The notes under the pieces are model-generated. The model did not search any database. It saw only the letters and a program-made list of their open reading frames with translations, and was not told the origin of the DNA. Positions 13,868-26,250 of a stretch of DNA of 34,973 nt are shown here, one piece after another. Both the position numbers and the translations under genes were made by a program. The DNA comes from Streblomastix strix (Eukaryota), in NCBI GenBank assembly GCA_008636045.1, contig SNRW01000046.1:1-34973 (forward strand), read 5' to 3'. Position 1 is the first letter of the stretch; every line of letters starts with the position of its first letter.

Positions 13868-14965
13868 TCATCTAAATTAAAACTCTGTAGCGTAATATTC
13901 TTATATAGATTCCTTATTTTCAGAAACATATTTACAATAATATGAAGGTATTTTGATTATGTTTATTTTATATGAATGATTTAATAATCGGCATAAAACG
14001 TTCCTGTTCACAAATCGAATAAACTCCGCTAACTAATTGAAATTTTTTCTTTATTTCATAAATTTTTATTATGTTTTCTAGAAATCAAGATATATTAATA
14101 TTATATTTCCTGCTTTAAATGATAACATGCCCTCTTATCGTTATCTTGCTAATTGTTGCTCAAATTTCTTCATTTATGAACATATACATTAACCTTCTTA
14201 ATCTCTTGGCAATTGAAGATAATATGGACTATATTTATTTTGAAACGCCAGATGTGGAGTATTATTGTATATATCAACGACTATTTACATTTATTGATTC
14301 GTTGAAAATTAATTAAATTTATAAAAAAACACGTTCCTTATCGTTCGAATAGCTGAATCGACTACTCTATTATTATTAGTAAATTTAGAATCAGTGAAAT
14401 GTCCATTAATTTTATTCTATGAACAAATCAAAATAAAATACGAGCTATTAAATCCTTTCTCACCATCACCACGAATATTATTTACATAATAATTTTTAAT
14501 TAATTTTTACCATTATCCAACTACTTATGCGGCTGATTTATCTATCAATCGATATACCACTAAATATTTTGTATTAATGTTTATGCAAAATAAATACATT
14601 TTAATTTTTCTTCTTTTTTCTCGTTTATTTTATATTTTGTCTTATTCAAAGATAGCATCATCATACTCATCGTTATTTTCCTGCAAGTTTTAATCTATTG
14701 AAAAGACTATATCTATTTCCCAACTCCCTAACTTTGGAGAGAAATAATGTCGTTGTAGTTTTTATAATGGTTTTAGTTTATAATCTTTCACTCGTAAATA
14801 TTGATTGTTAGCATATTTCTGTTTATTTATTTTTTCGAACAATTTTAATTTTGTTTTGAAAGGAAAATAGGGCATATTTTCATTGTCACCACCTTAAACG
14901 GATGCGGATTACTGGCTTGATTACTGGCTGGATGTCAAAACCGCTTACTATGCCTCTTTTTTCAT
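13868..14965 (-). CDS. Polinton-type retroviral-like (rve) integrase, 365 aa, uninterrupted under code 6
   Basis: YFSPKLGSWEID (Asp at 14711-14713), YLFCININTKYL, NIRGDGEKGF (Asp at 14465-14467), NRVVDSAIRTIRN (Asp at 14357-14359), YNNTPH. 1098 nt with no internal TGA. Confidence 0.92.
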
Positions 14966-15320
14966 TTATTTATTTTTTTTATGATTATTCTTTTATTTTA
15001 CAGGTTCATATTTCATTTAAACTGAAACATAATAATAATACCAATCTGCCACTGTTCTTTTTCTAATAATTATTTCATTAATTTTTTCTGCAAAAACATC
15101 GACATATTTTTTCTTTACAATTTTAAAGAATTTTTTTATAAACTCTGATAGACTCATTTTAAAATGAACTTTATATGCTTTATCATCGAAATCTTATTAT
15201 ACTTCAAATTCATATTCTTCTCCTTGATACTACTCCCCTGCAAAAGTTCTAAGGATATCCTCCTACAAACTATTTTCATTTTACAATTATTTCTTGCTGA
15301 AATAAAATATTTAAAGACAT
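14962..15320 (-). pseudogene. Small hypothetical viral protein, probably frameshifted near its 5' end; stop overlaps the integrase ATG (ATGA)
   Basis: Code-6 frame EDILRTFAGEQYQGEEYEFEVQQDFDDKAYKVHFKMSL...WYYYYVSVQMKYEP, ending at TGA 14964-14962. Confidence 0.45.
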
Positions 15321-15380
15321 TAATGAAGATGTTAATGTTTGAAACGTTTGAAATGAGCAAATATTTATTTTTATTTATTT

Positions 15381-15469
15381 TTATCAATTATTGGCCAATT
15401 GTCCAGTTGGCCACAGCTTATTATAGAAGTTTTTAACTCGGAACATTCGGAACACTCATAAGTCATTCA
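15381..15469 (-). repeat. Dispersed iteron-like cassette copy A (subtype 1)
   Basis: TTGGCCAA-TTGTCCAG-TTGGCCAC, AT spacer, CGGAACATT-CGGAACACT, ATAAGTCATTCA. Matches copies C, E and F. Confidence 0.9.
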
Positions 15470-15548
15470 GCCGCAAGGCGGATGTCGGAAGACCGACTTA
15501 ATCACTTCAATTTATCGCTCTTATTCAATGCATTTCATTTAATTTTTA

Positions 15549-18500
15549 TCATTAGTGCTCATCATTAATAATTATATAATTATCTGAGCTCAATTGTTAT
15601 CCGTTAATGTAAAGGAATGGAGCACGGCATTAATTTTCAAGAACAACCTTTTTATTATGAATTGATGATAAATCTACTTTATTTATTTAAATTTTTGAAA
15701 TTTATTTATTTCTTTAACAAAGGATATTATTTTGAGCAAAATTTTTTTCACAATTTAATGATTATTTAAATGCTTCATCGTTTAAATGAACATTTTATTT
15801 TTTATATTATTCCTTTCAAACAACAATTGTAATCCTTTTCATTCTCATTAGGAAGAGGATTATAAATATTAACGAATTTTTGGAGCTAAAGCAATGCATT
15901 CTGTTCCTTCTGCCTCACAATTGACTCCCAATAATTATTTTATATTAGCCGACGAAAAGAGGATAATTTTCTTCGAAAAATTTCTAGTCCTTGATTATGT
16001 ATTTAAATTTCTGTCTATATCCTTCATCAGCATCAGAGTAGCCGCTGATGGCCCATGTCATCGAATCAGTATCACCACAAATATAATGCATCTTGTTCAT
16101 ATCGAAAGCATAAATATAAAATTATAGAAAAAATTTATATACCAATATTTGCTATTATTAAGCATGAAATAAGCATAATGGAGGCAAGTGTTGTAGTTGC
16201 AGCTCTTAGCATTAAATTACTCAGCAAATAAATCATCTGTTAATTGTTAATCATTAACGAATGAACCTTAGAGATGAGACAACCACGTTCTATCAGAGCT
16301 CAACAATTTCGTTGGCGAATATTTTTCTTAATTCATCCCATCACTTCTATAGCTTGAATTCATAGCTAATTTATAGAATTATTATTTTCCATTATTTTTT
16401 TTTCATTTATTGTCTACATTCTTTGACTCATAAATTACTTAACAAATGGGTTGAATCTATCGTGCTTCGGGAACGTTATAACACATTAAATATCGTCAAT
16501 AATGAAATGAAATTCATCAATAAGAAGCCATAAGTAATAGTTATCGAACGACATGTACAATCCATGCGTCAATGATAAAATTATTAATTTTCGTTCAAAT
16601 TTGTCATGCTACATATTATTTTTCAGCAGCAGATTATATATGTATGAACCTAATGTTTTTTCATCGGTCATTGTATCAATGTTTCTCAGTATAGGAAGAA
16701 AATTAATAAAATAGATTATATATTATTCGTCAATGTGTCCTTTAACAACTGCGATAAATAGCTGCATTCCTTCAACGTCATTAAATCGTTATGGATTATA
16801 AATTAAATTTCTAGCTGTATGTTTATACGTAATTTTATCCAATATTTATTCCGCCATTTATAAACGATTACCTGTATATTTGATGAACTTATGCAGCTCT
16901 GAGCTTATTACAGAAGGATATTAACAGTTGAAATCTAGTGTTAAAAGATGAATCATTGTGTGGTCTGTGTCTTAGATGATGACCTTTCCATTAATAATTT
17001 TTAATTAATTTATTTTAATTTCACTTTCTACATTTTAGCGATGCATCACCGATGATAATCCGCCAGTTATACTAGAACGTAAAATTTAATAAACTTCTTC
17101 ATCGGTTATAGTCATCGGTAGCGACTTTAACAGACAAAAATTCATTAATTGAATTATTAATCTTGTTAAATTTTCATCTTTATTTGACATAAATTTTTTG
17201 CAGAATAAGCAGTAAGGTTTAACGTAATCTGCAGAATGGCCTCTGTCGTTGTTGATTCTATCTAATGTTGGAGGATTTTTGCTTGTGAATCGTGTCTTGC
17301 ATATGTGGCATCCTGCTGATAAGAATAATTTTCTATAGAACTCACAATCTGATTCTTTGATGTTGTTGCTTGTATCTCTATTTCTTTTTTTATCTTATTC
17401 AAGAAAATTTTAAATTTTAATGTTCCAATAATTTTATGTAAGTATGAACGAGGCATAATCATCTTTTGGCGTATAATCTTAATCTAATTTGAAGTCGCTA
17501 TAAGCAAGAGCATATTTGATAGCATTGGCGCATGCAGACATCGACATATCCTAAAGTATATCAATTTTATAATCGAATAACATATCGATTAAGTAATCAC
17601 GGGACTTAATCATTAAGTGAGTATTTTCAAGGTTATCGTGTCGAAGGTAATCCCACCTGTTCGGAAATTATTGAGCAACAGCCAAATAATTTTAATATTT
17701 TTCTTGACTTATATTTTTATTTTTGATTGAGTTTCAGAAAACTTCTTAGGGAAATGATTCTGATTTATCGAGATTTTATACATAATTGTCGTAGTTGATG
17801 AATTCATATGGAAATTTAAACTTAGTTGGAATTTCTGATGCTGCTTTTGATGTGAAATCTTTTATGATTTATTTTAATTTCATTTTTGTACAATAAATTA
17901 TCGAATCGATGAACCTAAATTTGATTCCTGTTATGTTTTGTTTAACAATGATTTATTTAGTATTTGAACCACTACCAAGATATTTAATGATTTGCCACTC
18001 ATCGCTCTATAAATTTTTAAGAATTAGGGCAACATGAAACTTTGAAGAGTTGAAGCTAATTACTGGCACCTCGTAATGCGATAGTATCGTCTCATCTTCT
18101 TATTTGTTTGAATCAATAACTTTTCTGGTTTCCTTAAACAACTATTTAATCCATACATTAATAAAGTTAGGGGTTCATATGTCAAAATAAATCGAATAAA
18201 TATAATCAACGGAACGACTATTTGAACTATTAATGACTTTCAATTTTATTTTTATTGTACTTGCAAACAAAAGAGGTTCAAGTATTGAAATCTATGTTGA
18301 AATATCACCTAATTTTTCATTTACGATTCTTTCAACAGTTTCAATGTCATTTGTTATATAATATGTGGTAGGTTTAAATTCATCCTCTCGACCATGTGCC
18401 ATAAGATACTTATAGCTAACATTATTCAATATATAAGGAACATATTGCCTTTGAAATCTTTCAAAATGTACTTTTTTTACAATCTTTCCTGCATTTTTTT

Positions 18501-20500
18501 AACATTTTATATGTGCCTTTTTAGCTTAGACTATAAATTTGAATCTCTGGTCTTATAACCCTGCACACCACAAATAGGACAATATTTTAAACGAGTTAGT
18601 ACCTCAACATCATTTATATAAAAAACATGAGCTGTTTGTTGTTCGTTGATTGTGTCAGTTATTAAAAGTATATTAAATTTTTTTGTTTATTCGTTCTATT
18701 CATTTCAACTATATTATTTCCATAGATAGTAACTACCTTAATTTGTTGCCATTGAAGTTGCTGACGCTGTTGCCGTTGTCTCTTCGTAAGCGAACACACT
18801 AACATTTAAATTTTCGTTCTAAACAAAATAATCTGCTTCTGTTGAAAAATTAAATCCTTAATAATTATCATCATTTTCTTGCCATAGATTCTTTAAAATA
18901 ATCGTTTAGCTTCTGCAATACGTGAATGTTCCTTATAACGCTTTGCAGCAATAGCGGAACCGTCAGCAGCAATATCTGTCTTAATATCTATCATCGTAAT
19001 AAATGAATATGCTAGAAAGAAACAAAAATTTTAATTATTTTTTCACAGGGTCAATATATTGAATCTCTCGCCTCATAATATGCTTCTTTAATTATGGTAT
19101 TTTTCGACCTCCCACCTCCAGCGCTTGCATGTGATAGTCTGAAAACTTGAATCATTATCGAAAATATACCTACTATTTTCTCTTTGGTATCCATAATTGC
19201 TTTCTCTTACATTTAAATAATATGATTTCTGATGAATCGTTTATATTCTGCAAGGTCCATTTGGTTGCGTATGGTTGTTGGTGCTCGCATCTCTGTTCTA
19301 GCTTCAAGAGAACGATTGATTTTATACCTTATTTGTTATTCATTTTCTTAACTATCGACACATTCAATAACTGCTCCAAAATCAAATGCAATTTTGAATG
19401 CAAATTTTTACTCACGCTTATATATATTTCATCTAAGTAAGCATCGATATCCTTAAATGTTTTCAAATCATTTTTGTAATATTCTTTTGTAGGGCTGATG
19501 GTATGAACATAGAATGGGTCATATTTGACGTGTTAATTTTATATATATTTTCGCTCATGATTAATTCTTCTTTCATAATCTTTCTCGATTTGCGGAGCGC
19601 ATAACATATTCGTATTCTATAGGACGTTAAGGGCTCCAATTGGCCTATAATTCTTATCATTATACTCATCATTAAATTCTCTATTTTCATCTTTAATATT
19701 TTTAAATATATCCTCATTTTATATTTATTTAAAGTTTATTTTTTATTCTTTAATTTCTTTTAATAGATTTGCATGTCTCACTCATTAATCATCCATCACT
19801 TGCACCCATTATTGATTATGCTGTTTGCTCTATTCGTCTTAAACGTTCATATATAATATGTTATTTTTTTTTGCACGAATTATTAAACATAAACTTTACA
19901 AATTATTTCTTCATTTTGAAGGCCTATTTGAGTATCTTACCTGATTCGTTATGCAAATGGTCATGATTATAATATTGCATTTCTAACTATATCTCTATAG
20001 TTTCTACCCTTTTCTAAATGAATTTTTTCTAAAATTAATGAAAATTACGACCATAATTCATTAATGTTTATTTTCTATTAAATTTCAGGGTCATATAAAG
20101 TCAATAATTCTCTTATTATTTCAGGTGTTAGTTTTTAATGCCTTAAATTCACTTGATAATCCACCCACACATAATGAGCTTCGCTTTGTTTGGGTTGCAG
20201 TTCAGGTGATAATTCTGGAGATAATTCTAGTGATTGATGGTAATTATGCGCTTGCATTTACGTAATTTAATTCTGCATTTACATCAGTTATTACTATTGA
20301 TGTGCCATTTATAATTTTGGCGATGGTTGGTAGTTGTGTATTTGCATTTAAATAAAATATAGTCCTACATTTATATTAGTTATGACTGTGATTATTTAGG
20401 CTATTAATTAAGCGGTTATAGTTCTAGTAGAGCTTGAATCTGTGGTGTAATCGGAGGCGTGCGTCGTCTTTACGAGTCTTAACCCCTATTTATCTGTCAT
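15549..20500 (-). pseudogene. Protein-primed family B DNA polymerase with long N-terminal region, vOTU-like protease, C2H2-like Zn finger and HNH insert; several frameshifts and TGAs
   Basis: ExoI YYITNDIET, ExoII SFNSSKF, FPYEF, ITGGLSSVMHR, motif A LDFNCQYPS (~16912-16938), motif B KLAMNSSYRSDG, motif C CGDTDS (16062-16079), CIALAPK. ATG at 20500, TGA at 15549. The 5' region is joined across frameshifts by inference. Confidence 0.92.
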
Positions 20501-20627
20501 TTATTTAAAATAATAATAAAAAATAATTACATAAATTTACTGGATTTTTGGGTGGATTGGGTCATAAAACAGCGACGGGAACTTCAACGAAATCATTATT
20601 ATTAGCTCAAATAATTGATGCGAATAG

Positions 20628-20727
20628 TGAATAACTTTTGACTTGACCGAGTGGATTGAGTGGATTGAGTCAAAAACTTTCATCAAAAACTGCTTCCAGC
20701 CTGCCATTCTGCGTGATGAGAGAAAAC
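20628..20727 (+). repeat. Dispersed iteron-like cassette copy B (subtype 2)
   Basis: TGAATAACTTTT-GACTTGACC-GAGTGGATT-GAGTGGATT-GAGTCAAAAACTTTCATCAAAAACTG-CTTCCAGC-CTGCCATT-CTGCGTGA-TGAGAGAAAA. Close match to copy D. Confidence 0.9.
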
Positions 20728-20755
20728 ATTAATAAAAATAATTCGATTATTTAAA

Positions 20756-21839
20756 TCATTGGAATTTATATTTAACTAAATCGAAACCTCCTAATGATTG
20801 TTATCTCTATATTAGAATTTGACCATAATATTGCATAGTTTGAGTATGAGCTTATCCAATCTTATTATTAATCTGTTCATCATTAGTATATAGTTGAGCA
20901 ATAACGGTAGGCAGTTCTTTCTTATATAATCTTTTAGCAAGTGGTAAATATTTTTATTATCCTTTTTATACATTTACTTTATAGTTTCTATTATATATAT
21001 CTATTTCTCCGTCTTATTTTTCTAATATTTCTACAGCAGGAGAAATAATTACAGTATTCCAAGCAGATGCCATTATTTGTTGTTTTGTTGCCATTGGCAA
21101 TTATGCGCCTCTATTTTGGTTTATGAATTTTTTGGCTTCGACGTTGAATGCTCTGAAACTATGTAGCTTTATCGCTCTCTCCTTATCCGGCTTAGTCATT
21201 GATAGCCATTTCATGTAAGGGCCTCCTTTTATTCCAGAAGCATTTAATTTGGCTGCCAATTATGCTCGTTCTAAATCATTAACATCTGTTTAATATTATT
21301 TCTTTCAATTTCTTTTATGTTAAAGCTCTGGGTCTCCAAATCCAACAGTTGTTGTATATCCATAAACTGAATAAATTGCGTTCTTTTTCTTATCAAAAAC
21401 AACCACATTATCAGGAGTGGCAACATTATCATCTAAGTTCTTTTCCAATACACTTAATCGTTTATCTAAATGTTTATCTTATATATATATATATTTGAGC
21501 ACCGATGATAGACGATAAACTATTAATTTTCTTTATATCTCTGTTAAAATAACCAACAAGTGATGCATGGACATCCCCCGCCTATTGTCTAAATTATTGG
21601 ACTCCATGTTTTCATGTTCTTTGAATTATACTGGGATGAATCGGCAGCCTACCAAACGGTTTTGCTCGTTATTTCATTCTGCTTTATCTTGAAGCTTATG
21701 ATTCATAATAATCATAATTATCCTCCATTCCATCAATGTACATCATCCCACCTGCATCACCAGCGCCATATTATCTTTTTTCATATTCAAATTCTTAACT
21801 TGATTCATTTTCAAGTTCATTTAAATCATTTTCCGACAT
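20756..21839 (-). pseudogene. Hypothetical viral protein (~360 codons, disrupted)
   Basis: Long code-6 frame containing NLDDNVATPDNVVVFDKKKNAIYSVYGY and QIMASAWNTVII. Divergent from the ATPase across a 41-bp gap. In-frame TGAs and a net frameshift. Confidence 0.6.
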
Positions 21840-21880
21840 TCCGTTTATAAAAGATAAAATATATGCTTTACTATATAAAA

Positions 21881-22668
21881 ATGGCGAGTTTGACATAAAA
21901 AGTGGATAACATGTTTAAAGAAATAAAAGTGAATAAGCATGAAATTTAAATAATTATTCATAAAGATTTAAATTATATATATTATTCTACAAATTTATTG
22001 ATAGGTTAACGTGGCAGTGGCAAGAAATATAATGTCTTCAAAGTGTTAATTAAATTAAGCTAATTAAAAAAGTACTGCTATACACTACTCATATACGTCA
22101 GCGACTCAAATAATGACATCACTTATAAAAAATGAAGTATTTGATTAAAATTCCGACTAAAATTATTCTACATGCCGATGCGGATTAATTGCTGAATGAT
22201 TTGATAGAATGTAGATAAGCATATGATGAAATTTAAGAAAAGTAATTATAAAATGAGCTAACTGAAGAATAAAAAGATAAAATATTATCCAATGTATTTG
22301 GAGCAAGTGGAGAAGGAAATTTTAACGTCAAATTTCCTCATACAATTATATTATTTGACGATCCAATGAGTATAATTAAAAATAAAAATAATCCACTATT
22401 TAAAAAGTTATTTAAGAATAGATAGCCCAGAATAACATACTTCCTTAGTTTACAGGACATTATAGGTTTAGATGCTGCTATTAAGTCAAATCTTGACTCA
22501 TTATGGTTATTCGGTTCATTAAACAGATTAAAATTTAATTAATTTTTTTACTAATCGTCTATTCAATCTGAGAAAGAAACAATATGGTATGAATATGTGC
22601 GACTAACTAAATAATAAGCATTAGTGGCATAATATCAAATGAGTGGAACAGTTGTCAAAATAATCTGA
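21881..22668 (+). pseudogene. A32/FtsK-like genome-packaging ATPase; one frameshift in the A-run near 22130
   Basis: Walker A LLIGQRGSGKK, Walker B TIILFDD, A32-type NRQPRITYFLSLQD and AIKSNLD. ATG at 21881, TGA at 22666-22668. Confidence 0.9.
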
Positions 22669-22714
22669 AACGTATAAGCTCAACATTAACATTTGAATAA
22701 TTAACCGACTTTAT

Positions 22715-22815
22715 TTTTTCTCAATTATTGGCCTGTTGGCCAGTTGGCCACAGCATTTTATAAAAGTTTCTGACACGGAACACTCGGAACACTAGGAACA
22801 CTTATAAGTCATTCA
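22715..22815 (-). repeat. Dispersed iteron-like cassette copy C (subtype 1)
   Basis: TTGGCCTG-TTGGCCAG-TTGGCCAC, AT spacer, CGGAACACT-CGGAACACT-AGGAACACT, TATAAGTCATTCA. Confidence 0.9.
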
Positions 22816-22819
22816 TTTC

Positions 22820-23171
22820 AGCGCTTAAACCAAATGGTTCAGAACATCCAAAAACTAGTCTAATCTATGCTCAATCCTATTCAATTAATCTTTGGCACAA
22901 GTTCTTATATAAACTTGACCTTAAATTTTTAATAATTTATAGCCATCCAATTTGTATAATTTATTTAGTTTTTACGTTGTTAGTTTAGATAATTATTATT
23001 GATTTTAGGAAATAAATTATTTGAAATCATTTAAGTTCTCAAAATATTTATATCCGTCAGTCTATCCTTCGACCCCTCCTCGAGTGGTATTTCATCTTAT
23101 TCATCCGTTTCTATTTATAATTTTGAAGTAAATTTTTTGTTTTTTCTGTTATCAAATAATATTCTTTCCAT
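22820..23171 (-). pseudogene. Small hypothetical viral protein (disrupted)
   Basis: MERILFDNRKNKKFTSKLQIETDEQDEIPLEEGSKDRLTD... from a TAAATG start, with a downstream frameshift. Confidence 0.4.
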
Positions 23172-23199
23172 TTAATTTCTGCAAAAATAAAATAAATAA

Positions 23200-23947
23200 T
23201 GTCGTTCATTTGTCTTCCATCTTGTGCATTATAAAGTTAATGACATTAACCATTAGTTCAGCTTTAAAGATTTATCTGTTCTTATGAAATTTTATTTAAT
23301 CTCCAAACATCTTATATAATTAGTCTTTTACTTCATAATTTTTAACTTACTTATAGGTATTTTTTCATAGAGTAATAGACTATCATTCAACTCTTTCATT
23401 AATTTTTTTTACTCGTGCAGTATTTATTTCTCCTTCTAATGTTAAAGACAGCGTTGTCGTTCTCATCATCATCTTCTACTTGAACTGCGAATATATAATC
23501 TGTTTAATATTTATCTGGAACAGCACGCGCTTCCAACTATTTATTTTCATTATTTTTCTATTAAATTTATTCTTTTAATTAATTTATTATCGCTTATCGT
23601 TCTTCCATATCACTATCAAATGTTATAGAAGCTTATTCTGTCAAACTTGTCGAATCATCTAATTAATGTTCCGAATGTATTCTTTCGTTAATTTAATCCA
23701 TAATGGTCTAGGGGCAAAAAATCGCCCCTTGAATATTTTGCTATAATTAAACAAAACATTTATAATATTGTTATCAATTTTTTTATTTAAATAATTGATT
23801 CAATTTTCTATGTTCATTCTATTTTAATGACATAACCATCTTTGAAGCGTTAATATACCCATCTGATTTCCTAGCTATAGTTTAAATTCCATTATACGAT
23901 GTTTTGATAAATTCTTCTTTACCTTAGATGCTTACTGATGACTTCAT
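23200..23947 (-). pseudogene. KilA-N domain protein with coiled coil and C-terminal RAVP...RRRNK domain; internal deletion and frameshift
   Basis: EEFIKTSYNGIQTIARKSDGYINASKMV is a typical KilA-N N-half. The GTYVHP-type C-half is missing before IMDQINE. Followed by QLKEQIQQKNNENKQLEARAVPDKYQ. Confidence 0.75.
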
Positions 23948-23949
23948 TT

Positions 23950-24274
23950 TAAAGGAACCATACATATAAATATCTGTTGTGGTTGTATTATATAAAGGCT
24001 TATAAACACCTTATTCATTACAGTAGCCAACAAATTATTCGAAATATTGTTCTTCCTAGATCACTGAGCTATGAACAGAAATGCCCTCGTTATTGCCTTA
24101 GTTTGAACAGTGATATTAGCAAAATATTATTTTTCTTTAATTATCTGAATTTACGAACGCATATAGTAGTGCAATACCAATTCCATTCTAACCGTTTTCT
24201 CCGATAGCAATTCCATCATCTTACGTCAAAGTGTAATATTTTAAGTTTTATGCTGAAGTCATATTTGAAGCCAT
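23950..24274 (-). pseudogene. Hypothetical viral protein fragment
   Basis: MASNMTSAQNLKYYTLTQDDGIAIGENGQNGNWYC..., frameshifted. The last frame runs directly into the KilA-N frame. Confidence 0.4.
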
Positions 24275-24413
24275 TTATTATAATATAAGTAAAAAATAGT
24301 TAATGGGCATATAACTAATGACCTATTTAATTATCTATATTAATGTTTAGGTGATAGTTATATATATAAATAAAAAATTAAAAAATGTTCTCAATTAACG
24401 GAATAATTTACTT

Positions 24414-26135
24414 TCATCCTATAATTGGCCCAATAACCTCATCAAATGAATGGTTAGTATCGTATATACAGCTTCCGCCCGCCGCGGGAGAGAATAACCA
24501 AAATGTATCATGAACTATGCATTAACTAGGAGGCGGTGGTCTCTTTCCACTGGTATCGACATTATAATATGAATCTGTTGCTTCTTGATATATTGGTGCT
24601 CCTCTGAGTTCGACAGATGTGTTCTGGTTCTGAGTGTCTAATTCGTCAAAAGTTAATGCTCCATTACTATTCCTTTCACATTAAAGTGTTATCAAAAAGC
24701 TTGTTAAATCAGTGCGTGGATTCAGTCTTCGAGTTGCTGTATTTCTTGATGTTGTTAATGCATCTTCGAATTCATCAGTGGCTTCGAATAGCAAGTCAAG
24801 ATTTGATGCATTGAGTTATAATTGGAAGAATTATTGGTCAAAAGTATTCATAGGCATTTCTGGGAAATTACGATCGTAGGAAGTTATTTGCATGTTCTTA
24901 TAGCAAAGATTTTCATAGTAAGTCGTAGCTCCAGCATCTTTCGGAAATAGAAGACAGAAGTCGATTACGTGCGACAGAGGAATATTTTGAGATGTTCATA
25001 TTCCCATTAATGTATCAGAAATTGGAAATGGCCATACTTCCACACGTGGAGCGGGAACTACGAATGGGCGTTAGCTGTGGAATTAGCGGACTCGTTTAAG
25101 GCATGCATCAGTGACTTTATAACTTTCCATGTTAGCCGTAACCTCTGTTATGATATAATTTTTTATGCTTATGGTAACTAGTTTGATATCTCATACTAAG
25201 TTCTTCAGTCCTGAATCAGTAAATGGCTCCGCATGTACTCTTGTAATCAAATCAGCAGTGCATCCTAATTATGTAAATTATTTGGTATATTAGAATATCA
25301 GACTCCAATTTCTGAACATCAAATCGACATCCATTAATTTCTACTGACTATTGCTCAATAACTCATCCTTATTCATTTTATAATATTTAGTCATTGAAAT
25401 AATTGGATTCATTTAACAGAAAACGAATGCATGAGGATTTATTTTGAATTTTATTTTTAAATCACCAAATAGGCCATTAGGATAATCACTGAAGGTAGAG
25501 AATATCAAGAGGTCATCAATTGGAATGTTGACTCTGAAACGTATTGGAATTGTGTATGGAACTACTGTTTGATTTCCTACTAGCTCTCCAATCTCTCGCA
25601 TACTTATATATGTTCCACGCGCTAAAGTATCAAAATTATGAATATTCTCATAAAGGGAATAGATATGTTTTCTATTAGTTTTCTCACTTTTTGGCTTTAT
25701 TGTGTTATAAATGAATGATTCAGTTGTTGCGTCATTCTATAGGCTTCCATCAATGGATTTACCTCTATGATAGATGATATATTCTCTAATAAGATTTGAA
25801 CCTGATTTGAGACCTATGAATAGAACCAATGCGTCTTTATATGATTCGTCAATTTTATCAAATTTATCATCAAGTTAGATATTAGCAATAAGTACTATCA
25901 ACAAGAACGAATTTTATATCTATATGATGTCGTAGTCTTTGTCTGATAAACTAATGATTATTTCCTTATCAAATAACGCCGGCATTTAAGATTCTGGTTT
26001 GATTTCCTTGATTGAATAATGATGTTCTCCGTCATTGGTGAATGGAACAACGGCATTACCTAACAATGTTTCTTCAATGGTTCCTGCTTGTTGTAAATGT
26101 ACTGCTTTCATTAAAAATCTATTCATCTTTTACAT
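24414..26135 (-). pseudogene. Putative double-jelly-roll major capsid protein (573 codons, no frameshift, TGA at 25191-25193 and 24996-24998)
   Basis: Beta-rich protein of MCP size in a Polinton context: LFIGLKSGSNLIREY, NIPIDDLLIFSTFSDYPNGLFGDLKIKF, FCLLFPKD, FLITLQCERN, VHDTFWLF. It resembles recalled metamonad Maverick capsid-family sequences. Fold not verified. Confidence 0.7.
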
Positions 26136-26250
26136 TCAATAAAAAATGAAATAGTTAAATATATACTAAATGGAACATAAAACTTTTGATGAACATCAAT
26201 CTTATAAAATAAAAATTCATGATTTTGGCACGGATAACTGATGCAGTTAA

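Noticed and set aside
21480..21494. (TA)n microsatellite as a phase-variation switch
   Set aside because: Short, expected in such AT-rich DNA, and inside an already disrupted ORF.
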